From Eledone cirrhosa (taxonomy: Eukaryota): a stretch of 64,000 bases of DNA. Under the pieces are notes generated by a model that saw only the letters and a list, made by a program, of their open reading frames with translations, did not search any database and was not told the DNA's origin. Both the position numbers and the translations under genes were made by a program. Where the stretch lies: NCBI GenBank assembly GCA_964016885.1, contig OZ024766.1, forward strand, positions 21,142,001-21,206,000. The letters run 5' to 3'. The stretch's first letter is position 1, and the number at the start of each line of letters is the position of its first letter. Shown one piece after another: positions 25,036-38,900 of the stretch.

Positions 25036-26390
25036 GACCTGTGACCCCAGCTTCCTGAGAGAGACTGACCTGTGACCCCCAGCTTCCTGAGAGAGACTGA
25101 CCTGTGACCCCAGCTCCTGAGAGAGACTAACCTGTGACCCCAGCTCCTAAGAGAGACTGTCCTGTGACGCCCAACTTCCTGAGAGAGACTGACCTGTGAC
25201 CCCAGCTCCTGAGAGAGACTGTCCTGTGACCCCCAGCTTCCTGAGAGAGACTGACCTGTGACCCCCAGCTTCCTGAGAGAGACTGTCCTGTGACCTCCAG
25301 CTCCTGAGAGAGACTGTCCTGTGACCCCCAGCTCCTGAGAGAGACTAGCCTGGGACCCCAGCTCCTGAGAGAGACTGAATTGTGACCCCAGCCTCCTGAG
25401 AGAGACTGAATTGTGACCCCAGCCTCCTGAGAGAGACTGACCTGTGACCCCAGCCTCCTGAGAGAGACTGACCTGTGACCCCAGCCTCCTGAGAGAGACT
25501 GACCTGTGACCCCAGCCTCCTGAGAGAGACTGACCTGTGACCCCAGCTCCTGAGAGAGACTGACCTGTGACCCCAGCTCCTGAGAGAGACTGACCTGTGA
25601 CCCCAGCCTCCTGAGAGAGACTGACCTGTGACCCCAGCTCCTTAGAGAGACTGACCTGTGACCCCAGCTCCTTAGAGAGACTGACCTGTGACCCCAACTC
25701 CTGAGAGAGACTATCCTGTGACCCCCAGCTCCTGAGAGAGACTGACCTGTGACCCCAGCTCCTGAGAGAGACTGACCTGTGACCCCAGCTCCCGAGAGAG
25801 ACTGACCTGTGACCCCAGCTCCCGAGAGAGACTGACCTGTGACCCCAGCTCCCGAGAGAGACTGACCTGTGACCCCAGCTCCCGAGAGAGACTGACCTGT
25901 GACCCCAGCTCCCGAGAGAGACTGACCTGTGACCCCAGCTCCCGAGAGAGACTGACCTGTGACCCCAGCTCCCGAGAGAGACTGTCCTGTGACCCCCAAC
26001 TTCCTGAGAGAGACTATCCTGTGACCCCAGCTCCTGAGAGAGACTGTCATGTGACCCCCCAACTTCCTGAGAGAGACTGACCTGTGACCCCAGCTCCTGA
26101 GAGACTATCCTGTGACCCCCAGCTTCCTGAGAGAGACTGACCTGTGACCCCCAGCTTCCTGAGAGAGACTGACCTGTGACCCCAGCTCCTGAGAGAGACT
26201 GACCTGTGACCCCCAGCTTCCTGAGAGAGACTGACCTGTGACCCCAGCTTCCTGAGAGACTATCCTGTGACCCCAGCTTCCTGAGAGACTATCCTGTGAC
26301 CCCAGCTTCCTGAGAGACTATCCTGTGACCCCAGCTCCTGAGAGAGACTATCCTGTGACCCCCAGCCTCCTGAGAGAGACTGACCTGTGG
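25036..26390. repeat. 30-32-bp minisatellite (cctgtgaccccagctcctgagagagactga)
   Basis: Directly visible periodicity. Confidence 0.95.
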
Positions 26391-26444
26391 CTGATTATTA
26401 ACCAAACCTCGTATATCCCTCCTTCTAACTATATAGCATTATTA

Positions 26445-26785
26445 TGTTAGCTTTGCCTTTCATCCTTACGGGGTCGATAAAATAAAGTACCAGTAATGCA
26501 CTGGGGTAATTGCTGGCCTTGTGCCTAAAGTAGAAACAATTATTACAGAGTCAGTAAAATAAAGTACCAGTAATGCACTGGGGTAATTGCTGGCCTTGTG
26601 CCCCCAAAAGTAGAAACAATTATTACAGAGTCAGTAAAATAAAGTACCAGTAATACACTGGGGTAATTGCTGGCCTTGTGCCCCCAAAAGTAGAAACATT
26701 TATTACAGAGTCAGTAAAATAAAGTACCAGTAATGCACTGGGGTAATTGCTGGCCTTGTGACCCCTAAAGTAGAAACAATTATTA
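26445..26785 (+). repeat. Second-family SINE fragment with an 80-bp segment repeated 4 times
   Basis: Same unit as 6770-7570. Confidence 0.85.
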
Positions 26786-26914
26786 TAAATACAAGGGCTT
26801 AAGGAACCCAGGGCACAGACCCGAAGCAGCAGTCGGTGAAAGATAATCATGTCGGCATCAAGACCTTTTTACCCTTTCTCTCTCCTGGCTCTCTGGCCCT
26901 TACTAGCTGTCTGG

Positions 26915-29900
26915 GCCCTTACTGGCTCTCACCTCAGCCACAGACACAGCCAGACCCCTCTCCTGGCCCTTACTGTCTCTCACCTTCTCACCCACAGACA
27001 CAGCCAGACCCCTCTCCTGGCCCTTACTGTCTCTCACCTCAGCCACAGACACAGCCAGACCCCTCTCCTGGCCCTTACTGTCTCTCACCTCAGCCACAGA
27101 CACAGCCAGACCCCTCTCCTGGCCCTTACTGTCTCTCACCTCAGCCACAGACACAGCCAGACCCCTCTCCTGGCCCTTACTGTCTCTCACCTCAGCCACA
27201 GACACAGCCAGACCCCTCTCCTGGCCCTTACTGACTCTCACCTTCTCACCCACAGACACAGCCAGACCCCTCTCCTGGCCCTTACTGACTCTCACCTTCT
27301 CACCCACAGACACAGCCAGACCCCTCTCCTGGCCCTTACTGACTCTCACCTTCTCACCCACAGACACAGCCAGACCCCTCTCCTGGCCCTTACTGTCTCT
27401 CACCTTCTCACCCACAGACACAGCCAGACCCCTCTCCTGGCCCTTACTGTCTCTCACCTCAGCCACAGACACAGCCAGACCCCTCTCCTGGCCCTTACTG
27501 TCTCTCACCTCAGCCACAGACACAGCCAGACCCCTCTCCTGGCCCTTACTGTCTCTCACCTTCTCACCCACAGACACAGCCAGACCCCTCTCCTGGCCCT
27601 TACTGTCTCTCACCTTCTCACCCACAGCCACAGCCAGACCCCTCTCCTGGCCCTTACTGTCTCTCACCTCAGCCACAGACACAGCCAGACCCCTCTCCTG
27701 GCCCTTACTGTCTCTCACCTCAGCCACAGACACAGCCAGACCCCTCTCCTGGCCCTTACTGTCTCTCACCTCAGCCACAGACACAGCCAGACCCCTCTCC
27801 TGGCCCTTACTGACTCTCACCTTCTCACCCACAGACACAGCCAGACCCCTCTCCTGGCCCTTACTGTCTCTCACCTCAGCCACAGACACAGCCAGACCCC
27901 TCTCCTGGCCCTTACTGTCTCTCACCTCAGCCACAGACACAGCCAGACCCCTCTCCTGGCCCTTACTGTCTCTCACCTTCTCACCCACAGACACAGCCAG
28001 ACCCCTCTCCTGGCCCTTACTGTCTCTCACCTTCTCACCCACAGCCACAGCCAGACCCCTCTCCTGGCCCTTACTGTCTCTCACCTCAGCCACAGACACA
28101 GCCAGACCCCTCTCCTGGCCCTTACTGTCTCTCACCTCAGCCACAGACACAGCCAGACCCCTCTCCTGGCCCTTACTGTCTCTCACCTCAGCCACAGACA
28201 CAGCCAGACCCCTCTCCTGGCCCTTACTGACTCTCACCTTCTCACCCACAGACACAGCCAGACCCCTCTCCTGGCCCTTACTGTCTCTCACCTCAGCCAC
28301 AGACACAGCCAGACCCCTCTCCTGGCCCTTACTGTCTCTCACCTCAGCCACAGACACAGCCAGACCCCTCTCCTGGCCCTTACTGACTCTCACCTTCTCA
28401 CCCACAGACACAGCCAGACCCCTCTCCTGGCCCTTACTGACTCTCACCTTCTCACCCACAGACACAGCCAGACCCCTCTCCTGGCCCTTACTGACTCTCA
28501 CCTTCTCACCCACAGACACAGCCAGACCCCTCTCCTGGCCCTTACTGACTCTCACCTTCTCACCCACAGACACAGCCAGACCCCTCTCCTGGCCCTTACT
28601 GACTCTCACCTTCTCACCCACAGACACAGCCAGACCCCTCTCCTGGCCCTTACTGTCTCTCACCTCAGCCACAGACACAGCCAGACCCCTCTCCTGGCCC
28701 TTACTGTCTCTCACCTCAGCCACAGACACAGCCAGACCCCTCTCCTGGCCCTTACTGACTCTCACCTTCTCACCCACAGACACAGCCAGACCCCTCTCCT
28801 GGCCCTTACTGACTCTCACCTTCTCACCCACAGACACAGCCAGACCCCTCTCCTGGCCCTTACTGACTCTCACCTTCTCACCCACAGACACAGCCAGACC
28901 CCTCTCCTGGCCCTTACTGACTCTCACCTTCTCACCCACAGACACAGCCAGACCCCTCTCCTGGCCCTTACTGACTCTCACCTTCTCACCCACAGACACA
29001 GCCAGACCCCTCTCCTGGCCCTTACTGTCTCTCACCTCAGCCACAGACACAGCCAGACCCCTCTCCTGGCCCTTACTGTCTCTCACCTCAGCCACAGACA
29101 CAGCCAGACCCCTCTCCTGGCCCTTACTGTCTCTCACCTTCTCAGCCACAGACACAGCCAGACCCCTCTCCTGGCCCTTACTGTCTCTCACCTCAGCCAC
29201 AGACACAGCCAGACCCCTCTCCTGGCCCTTACTGTCTCTCACCTCAGCCACAGACACAGCCAGACCCCTCTCCTGGCCCTTACTGTCTCTCACCTCAGCC
29301 ACAGACACAGCCAGACCCCTCTCCTGGCCCTTACTGTCTCTCACCTCAGCCACAGACACAGCCAGACCCCTCTCCTGGCCCTTACTGTCTCTCACCTTCT
29401 CAGCCACAGACACAGCCAGACCCCTCTCCTGGCCCTTACTGTCTCTCACCTCAGCCACAGACACAGCCAGACCCCTCTCCTGGCCCTTACTGTCTCTCAC
29501 CTCAGCCACAGACACAGCCAGACCCCTCTCCTGGCCCTTACTGTCTCTCACCTTCTCAGCCACAGACACAGCCAGACCCCTCTCCTGGCCCTTACTGTCT
29601 CTCACCTTCTCAGCCACAGACACAGCCAGACCCCTCTCCTGGCCCTTACTGTCTCTCACCTTCTCACCCACAGACACAGCCAGACCCCTCTCCTGGCCCT
29701 TACTGTCTCTCACCTCAGCCACAGCCACAGCCAGACCCCTCTCCTGGCCCTTACTGTCTCTCACCTCAGCCACAGACACAGCCAGACCCCTCTCCTGGCC
29801 CTTACTGACTCTCACCTCAGCCACAGACACAGCCAGACCCCTCTCCTGGCCCTTACTGTCTCTCACCTCAGCCACAGACACAGCCAGACCCCTCTCCTGG

Positions 29901-32900
29901 CCCTTACTGACTCTCACCTCAGCCACAGACACAGCCAGACCCCTCTCCTGGCCCTTACTGTCTCTCACCTTCTCAGCCACAGACACAGCCAGACCCCTCT
30001 CCTGGCCCCTACTGTCTCTCACCTCACCCACAGACACAGCCAGACCCCTCTCCTGGCCCTTACTGTCTCTCACCTCAGCCACAGACACAGCCAGACCCCT
30101 CTCCTGGCCCTTACTGTCTCTCACCTCAGCCACAGACACAGCCAGACCCCTCTCCTGGTCCTTACTGTCTCTCACCTCAGCCACAGACACAGCCAGACCC
30201 CTCTCCTGGCCCTTACTGTCTCTCACCTCAGCCACAGACACAGCCAGACCCCTCTCCTGGCCCTTACTGACTCTCACCTCAGCCACAGACACAGCCAGAC
30301 CCCTCTCCTGGCCCTTACTGACTCTCACCTCAGCCACAGACACAGCCAGACCCCTCTCCTGGCCCTTACTGACTCTCACCTCAGCCACAGACACAGCCAG
30401 ACGCCTCTCCTGGCCCTTACTGACTCTCACCTCAGCCACAGACACAGCCAGACCCCTCTCCTGGCCCTTACTGTCTCTCACCTCAGCCACAGACACAGCC
30501 AGACCCCTCTCCTGGCCCTTACTGTCTCTCACCTTCTCAGCCACAGACACAGCCAGACCCCTCTCCTGGCCCTTACTGTCTCTCACCTTCTCAGCCACAG
30601 ACACAGCCAGACCCCTCTCCTGGCCCTTACTGTCTCTCACCTCAGCCACAGACACAGCCAGACCCCTCTCCTGGCCCTTACTGTCTCTCACCTTCTCAGC
30701 CACAGACACAGCCAGACCCCTCTCCTGGCCCTTACTGTCTCTCACCTTCTCAGCCACAGCCACAGCCAGACCCCTCTCCTGGCCCTTACTGTCTCTCACC
30801 TCAGCCACAGACACAGCCAGACCCCTCTCCTGGCCCTTACTGTCTCTCACCACCTCAGCCACAGACACAGCCAGACCCCTCTCCTGGCCCTTACTGTCTC
30901 TCACCTTCTCAGCCACAGACACAGCCAGACCCCTCTCCTGGCCCTTACTGTCTCTCACCTTCTCAGCCACAGCCACAGCCAGACCCCTCTCCTGGCCCTT
31001 ACTGTCTCTCACCTCAGCCACAGACACAGCCAGACCCCTCTCCTGGCCCTTACTGACTCTCACCTTCTCAGCCACAGACACAGCCAGACCCCTCTCCTGG
31101 CCCTTACTGTCTCTCACCTTCTCAGCCACAGCCACAGCCAGACCCCTCTCCTGGCCCTTACTGTCTCTCACCTCAGCCACAGACACAGCCAGACCCCTCT
31201 CCTGGCCCTTACTGACTCTCACCTTCTCACCCACAGACACAGCCAGACCCCTCTCCTGGCCCTTACTGTCTCTCACCTTCTCAGCCACAGACACAGCCAG
31301 ACCCCTCTCCTGGCCCTTACTGTCTCTCACCTCAACCACAGACACAGCCAGACCCCTCTCCTGGCCCTTACTGTCTCTCACCTTCTCACCCACAGCCACA
31401 GCCAGACCCCTCTCCTGGCCCTTACTGTCTCTCACCTTCTCAGCCACAGACACAGCCAGACCCCTCTCCTGGCCCTTACTGTCTCTCACCTCAGCCACAG
31501 ACACAGCCAGACCCCTCTCCTGGCCCTTACTGTCTCTCACCTTCTCAGCCACAGACACAGCCAGACCCCTCTCCTGGCCCTTACTGTCTCTCACCTCAGC
31601 CACAGACACAGCCAGACCCCTCTCCTGGCCCTTACTGTCTCTCACCTTCTCAGCCACAGACACAGCCAGACCCCTCTCCTGGCCCTTACTGTCTCTCACC
31701 TTCTCAGCCACAGCCACAGCCAGACCCCTCTCCTGGCCCTTACTGTCTCTCACCTCAGCCACAGACACAGCCAGACCCCTCTCCTGGCCCTTACTGTCTC
31801 TCACCTTCTCAGCCACAGACACAGCCAGACCCCTCTCCTGGCCCTTACTGTCTCTCACCTCAGCCACAGCCACAGCCAGACCCCTCTCCTGGCCCTTACT
31901 GTCTCTCACCTCAGCCACAGCCACAGCCAGACCCCTCTCCTGGCCCTTACTGTCTCTCACCTCAGCCACAGACACAGCCAGACCCCTCTCCTGGCCCTTA
32001 CTGTCTCTCACCTTCTCAACCACAGACACAGCCAGACCCCTCTCCTGGCCCTTACTGTCTCTCACCTTCTCAGCCACAGCCACAGCCAGACCCCTCTCCT
32101 GGCCCTTACTGTCTCTCACCTCAGCCACAGACACAGCCAGACCCCTCTCCTGGCCCTTACTGTCTCTCACCTTCTCAGCCACAGACACAGCCAGACCCCT
32201 CTCCTGGCCCTTACTGTCTCTCACCTCAGCCACAGCCACAGCCAGACCCCTCTCCTGGCCCTTACTGTCTCTCACCTCAGCCACAGCCACAGCCAGACCC
32301 CTCTCCTGGCCCTTACTGTCTCTCACCTCAGCCACAGACACAGCCAGACCCCTCTCCTGGCCCTTACTGTCTCTCACCTTCTCAACCACAGACACAGCCA
32401 GACCCCTCTCCTGGCCCTTACTGTCTCTCACCTCAGCCACAGACACAGCCAGACCCCTCTCCTGGCCCTTACTGTCTCTCACCTTCTCAACCACAGACAC
32501 AGCCAGACCCCTCTCCTGGCCCTTACTGTCTCTCACCTTCTCAACCACAGACACAGCCAGACCCCTCTCCTGGCCCTTACTGTCTCTCACCTCAGCCACA
32601 GACACAGCCAGACCCCTCTCCTGGCCCTTACTGTCTCTCACCTCAGCCACAGACACAGCCAGACCCCTCTCCTGGCCCTTACTGTCTCTCACCTCAGCCA
32701 CAGACACAGCCAGACCCCTCTCCTGGCCCTTACTGTCTCTCACCTCAGCCACAGACACAGCCAGACCCCTCTCCTGGCCCTTACTGTCTCTCACCTTCTC
32801 AGCCACAGACACAGCCAGACCCCTCTCCTGGCCCTTACTGTCTCTCACCTCAGCCACAGACACAGCCAGACCCCTCTCCTGGCCCTTACTGTCTCTCACC

Positions 32901-35900
32901 TCAGCCACAGACACAGCCAGACCCCTCTCCTGGCCCTTACTGTCTCTCACCTTCTCAGCCACAGACACAGCCAGACCCCTCTCCTGGCCCTTACTGTCTC
33001 TCACCTCAGCCACAGACACAGCCAGACCCCTCTCCTGGCCCTTACTGTCTCTCACCTTCTCAGCCACAGCCACAGCCAGACCCCTCTCCTGGCCCTTACT
33101 GTCTCTCACCTTCTCAGCCACAGACACAGCCAGACCCCTCTCCTGGCCCTTACTGTCTCTCACCTCAGCCACAGACACAGCCAGACCCCTCTCCTGGCCC
33201 TTACTGTCTCTCACCTTCTCAGCCACAGCCACAGCCAGACCCCTCTCCTGGCCCTTACTGTCTCTCACCTCAGCCACAGACACAGCCAGACCCCTCTCCT
33301 GGCCCTTACTGACTCTCACCTTCTCAGCCACAGACACAGCCAGACCCCTCTCCTGGCCCTTACTGTCTCTCACCTTCTCAGCCACAGACACAGCCAGACC
33401 CCTCTCCTGGCCCTTACTGTCTCTCACCTTCTCAGCCACAGACACACCCAGACCCCTCTCCTGGCCCTTACTGTCTCTCACCTTCTCAGCCACAGACACA
33501 GCCAGACCCCTCTCCTGGCCCTTACTGTCTCTCACCTCAGCCACAGCCACAGCCAGACCCCTCTCCTGGCCCTTACTGTCTCTCACCTCAGCCACAGACA
33601 CAGCCAGACCCCTCTCCTGGCCCTTACTGTCTCTCACCTTCTCAGCCACAGACACAGCCAGACCCCTCTCCTGGCCCTTACTGTCTCTCACCTCAGCCAC
33701 AGACACAGCCAGACCCCTCTCCTGGCCCTTACTGTCTCTCACCTTCTCAGCCACAGACACAGCCAGACCCCTCTCCTGGCCCTTACTGTCTCTCACCTTC
33801 TCAGCCACAGACACAGCCAGACCCCTCTCCTGGCCCTTACTGTCTCTCACCTCAGCCACAGCCACAGCCAGACCCCTCTCCTGGCCCTTACTGTCTCTCA
33901 CCTCAGCCACAGACACAGCCAGACCCCTCTCCTGGCCCTTACTGTCTCTCACCTTCTCAGCCACAGACACAGCCAGACCCCTCTCCTGGCCCTTACTGTC
34001 TCTCACCTCAGCCACAGACACAGCCAGACCCCTCTCCTGGCCCTTACTGTCTCTCACCTTCTCAGCCACAGCCACAGCCAGACCCCTCTCCTGGCCCTTA
34101 CTGTCTCTCACCTCAGCCACAGACACAGCCAGACCCCTCTCCTGGCCCTTACTGTCTCTCACCTCAGCCACAGACACAGCCAGACCCCTCTCCTGGCCCT
34201 TACTGTCTCTCACCTTCTCAGCCACAGACACAGCCAGACCCCTCTCCTTGCCCTTACTGTCTCTCACCTTCTCAGCCACAGCCACAGCCAGACCCCTCTC
34301 CTGGCCCTTACTGTCTCTCACCTTCTCAGCCACAGACACAGCCAGACCCCTCTCCTGGCCCTTACTGTCTCTCACCTCAACCACAGACACAGCCAGACCC
34401 CTCTCCTGGCCCTTACTGACTCTCACCTCAGCCACAGACACAGCCAGACCCCTCTCCTGGCCCTTACTGTCTCTCACCTCAGCCACAGACACAGCCAGAC
34501 CCCTCTCCTGGCCCTTACTGTCTCTCACCTCAGCCACAGACACAGCCAGACCCCTCTCCTGGCCCTTACTGTCTCTCACCTCAGCCACAGACACAGCCAG
34601 ACCCCTCTCCTGGCCCTTACTGTCTCTCACCTCAGCCACAGACACAGCCAGACCCCTCTCCTGGCCCTTACTGTCTCTCACCTTCTCACCCACAGCCACA
34701 GCCAGACCCCTCTCCTGGCCCTTACTGTCTCTCACCTCAGCCACAGACACAGCCAGACCCCTCTCCTGGCCCTTACTGTCTCTCACCTTCTCAGCCACAG
34801 ACACAGCCAGACCCCTCTCCTTGCCCTTACTGTCTCTCACCTCAACCACAGACACAGCCAGACCCCTCTCCTGGCCCTTACTGACTCTCACCTCAGCCAC
34901 AGACACAGCCAGACCCCTCTCCTGGCCCTTACTGTCTCTCACCTCAGCCACAGACACAGCCAGACCCCTCTCCTGGCCCTTACTGTCTCTCACCTCAGCC
35001 ACAGACACAGCCAAACCCCTCTCCTGGCCCTTACTGTCTCTCACCTCAGCCACAGACACAGCCAGACCCCTCTCCTGGCCCTTACTGTCTCTCACCTCAG
35101 CCACAGACACAGCCAGACCCCTCTCCTGGCCCTTACTGTCTCTCACCTCAGCCACAGACACAGCCAGACCCCTCTCCTGGCCCTTACTGTCTCTCACCTC
35201 AGCCACAGACACAGCCAGACCCCTCTCCTGGCCCTTACTGTCTCTCACCTCAGCCACAGACACAGCCAGACCCCTCTCCTGGCCCTTACTGTCTCTCACC
35301 TCAGCCACAGACACAGCCAGACCCCTCTCCTGGCCCTTACTGTCTCTCACCTTCTCAGCCACAGACACAGCCAAACCCCTCTCCTGGCCCTTACTGTCTC
35401 TCACCTCAGCCACAGACACAGCCAGACCCCTCTCCTGGCCCTTACTGTCTCTCACCTCAGCCACAGACACAGCCAGACCCCTCTCCTGGCCCTTACTGTC
35501 TCTCACCTCAGCCACAGACACAGCCAGACCCCTCTCCTGGCCCTTACTGTCTCTCACCTTCTCACCCACAGACACAGCCAGACCCCTCTCCTGGCCCTTA
35601 CTGTCTCTCACCTTCTCACCCACAGACACAGCCAGACCCCTCTCCTGGCCCTTACTGTCTCTCACCTTCTCACCCACAGACACAGCCAAACCCCTCTCCT
35701 GGCCCTTACTGTCTCTCACCTTCTCAGCCACAGACACAGCCAGACCCCTCTCCTGGCCCTTACTGTCTCTCACCTTCTCACCCACAGACACAGCCAGACC
35801 CCTCTCCTGGCCCTTACTGTCTCTCACCTCAGCCACAGACACAGCCAGACCCCTCTCCTGGCCCTTACTGTCTCTCACCTTCTCAGCCACAGACACAGCC

Positions 35901-38900
35901 AGACCCCTCTCCTGGCCCTTACTGTCTCTCACCTTCTCACCCACAGACACAGCCAGACCCCTCTCCTGGCCCTTACTGTCTCTCACCTCAGCCACAGACA
36001 CAGCCAGACCCCTCTCCTGGCCCTTACTGTCTCTCACCTTCTCAGCCACAGACACAGCCAGACCCCTCTCCTGGCCCTTACTGTCTCTCACCTTCTCAGC
36101 CACAGACACAGCCAGACCCCTCTCCTGGCCCTTACTGTCTCTCACCTTCTCAGCCACAGACACAGCCAGACCCCTCTCCTGGCCCTTACTGTCTCTCACC
36201 TCAGCCACAGACACAGCCAGACCCCTCTCCTGGCCCTTACTGTCTCTCACCTTCTCACCCACAGCCACAGCCAGACCCCTCTCCTGGCCCTTACTGTCTC
36301 TCACCTTCTCACCCACAGCCACAGCCAGACCCCTCTCCTGGCCCTTACTGTCTCTCACCTTCTCACCCACAGCCACAGCCAGACCCCTCTCCTGGCCCTT
36401 ACTGTCTCTCACCTCAGCCACAGACACAGCCAGACCCCTCTCCTGGCCCTTACTGTCTCTCACCTCAGCCACAGACACAGCCAGACCCCTCTTCTGGCCC
36501 TTATGACTCTCACCTCACCCACAGACACAGCCAGACCCCTCTCCTGGCCCTTACTGTCTCTCACCTCAGCCACAGCCACAGCCAGACCCCTCTCCTGGCC
36601 CTTACTGTCTCTCACCTCAGCCACAGACACAGCCAGACCCCTCTCCTGGCCCTTACTGTCTCTCACCTCAGCCACAGACACAGCCAGACCCCTCTCCTGG
36701 CCCTTACTGACTCTCACCTTCTCACCCACAGCCACAGCCAGACCCCTCTCCTGGCCCTTACTGACTCTCACCTTCTCAGCCACAGACACAGCCAGACCCC
36801 TCTCCTGGCCCTTAGTGACTCTCACCTCGGCCACAGACACAGCCAGACCCCTCTCCTGGCCCTTACTGTCTCTCACCTTCTCACCCACAGCCACAGCCAG
36901 ACCCCTCTCCTGGCCCTTACTGTCTCTCACCTCAGCCACAGACACAGCCAGACCCCTCTCCTGGCCCTTACTGACTCTCACCTTCTCAGCCACAGACACA
37001 GCCAGACCCCTCTCCTGGCCCTTACTGTCTCTCACCTTCTCACCCACAGCCACAGCCAGACCCCTCTCCTGGCCCTTACTGTCTCTCACCTCAGCCACAG
37101 ACACAGCCAGACCCCTCTCCTGGCCCTTACTGACTCTCACCTTCTCAGCCACAGACACAGCCAGACCCCTCTCCTGGCCCTTACTGTCTCTCACCTTCTC
37201 ACCGACAGCCACAGCCAGACCCCTCTCCTGGCCCTTACTGACTCTCACCTTCTCAGCCACAGACACAGCCAGACCCCTCTCCTGGCCCTTACTGTCTCTC
37301 ACCTTCTCACCCACAGACACAGCCAGACCCCTCTCCTGGCCCTTACTGTCTCTCACCTCAGCCACAGACACAGCCAGACCCCTCTCCTGGCCCTTACTGT
37401 CTCTCACCTCAGCCACAGACACAGCCAGACCCCTCTCCTGGCCCTTACTGTCTCTCACCTCAGCCACAGACACAGCCAGACCCCTCTCCTGGCCCTTACT
37501 GTCTCTCACCTTCTCAGCCACAGACACAGCCAGACCCCTCTCCTGGCCCTTACTGTCTCTCACCTTCTCAGCCACAGACACAGCCAGACCCCTCTCCTGG
37601 CCCTTACTGTCTCTCACCTCACCCACAGACACAGCCAGACCCCTCTCCTGGCCCTTACTGTCTCTCACCTCAGCCACAGACACAGCCAGACCCCTCTCCT
37701 GGCCCTTACTGTCTCTCACCTTCTCAGCCACAGACACAGCCAGACCCCTCTCCTGGCCCTTACTGTCTCTCACCTTCTCACCCACAGACACAGCCAGACC
37801 CCTCTCCTGGCCCTTACTGTCTCTCACCTTCTCACCCACAGACACAGCCAGACCCCTCTCCTGGCCCTTACTGTCTCTCACCTTCTCAGCCACAGACACA
37901 GCCAGACCCCTCTCCTGGCCCTTACTGTCTCTCACCTTCTCACCCACAGACACAGCCAGACCCCTCTCCTGGCCCTTACTGTCTCTCACCTTCTCACCCA
38001 CAGCCACAGCCAGACCCCTCTCCTGGCCCTTACTGTCTCTCACCTCAGCCACAGACACAGCCAGACCCCTCTCCTGGCCCTTACTGTCTCTCACCTTCTC
38101 ACCCACAGCCACAGCCAGACCCCTCTCCTGGCCCTTACTGTCTCTCAACTTCTCACCCACAGACACAGCCAGACCCCTCTCCTGGCCCTTACTGTCTCTC
38201 ACCTCAGCCACAGACACAGCCAGACCCCTCTCCTGGCCCTTACTGTCTCTCACCTCAGCCACAGACACAGCCAGACCCCTCTCCTGGCCCTTACTGTCTC
38301 TCACCTCACCCACAGACACAGCCAGAACCCTCTCCTGGCCCTTACTGACTCTCACCACAGACACAGACACAGCCAGACCCCTCTCCTGGCCCTTACTGTC
38401 TCTCACCTCAGCCACAGACACAGCCAGACCCCTCTCCTGGCCCTTACTGTCTCTCACCTCAGCCACAGACACAGCCAGACCCCTCTCCTGGCCCTTACTG
38501 TCTCTCACCTCAGCCACAGACACAGCCAGACCCCTCTCCTGGCCCTTACTGTCTCTCACCTTCTCAGCCACAGACACAGCCAGACCCCTCTCCTGGCCCT
38601 TACTGTCTCTCACCTTCTCAACCACAGACACAGCCAGACCCCTCTCCTGGCCCTTACTGACTCTCACCTCAGCCACAGACACAGCCAGACCCCTCTCCTG
38701 GCCCTTACTGTCTCTCACCTCAACCACAGACACAGCCAGACCCCTCTCCTGGCCCTTACTGACTCTCACCTTCTCAACCACAGACACAGCCAGACCCCTC
38801 TCCTGGCCCTTACTGTCTCTCACCTTCTCAACCACAGACACAGCCAGACCCCTCTCCTGGCCCTTACTGTCTCTCACCTTCTCAACCACAGACACAGCCA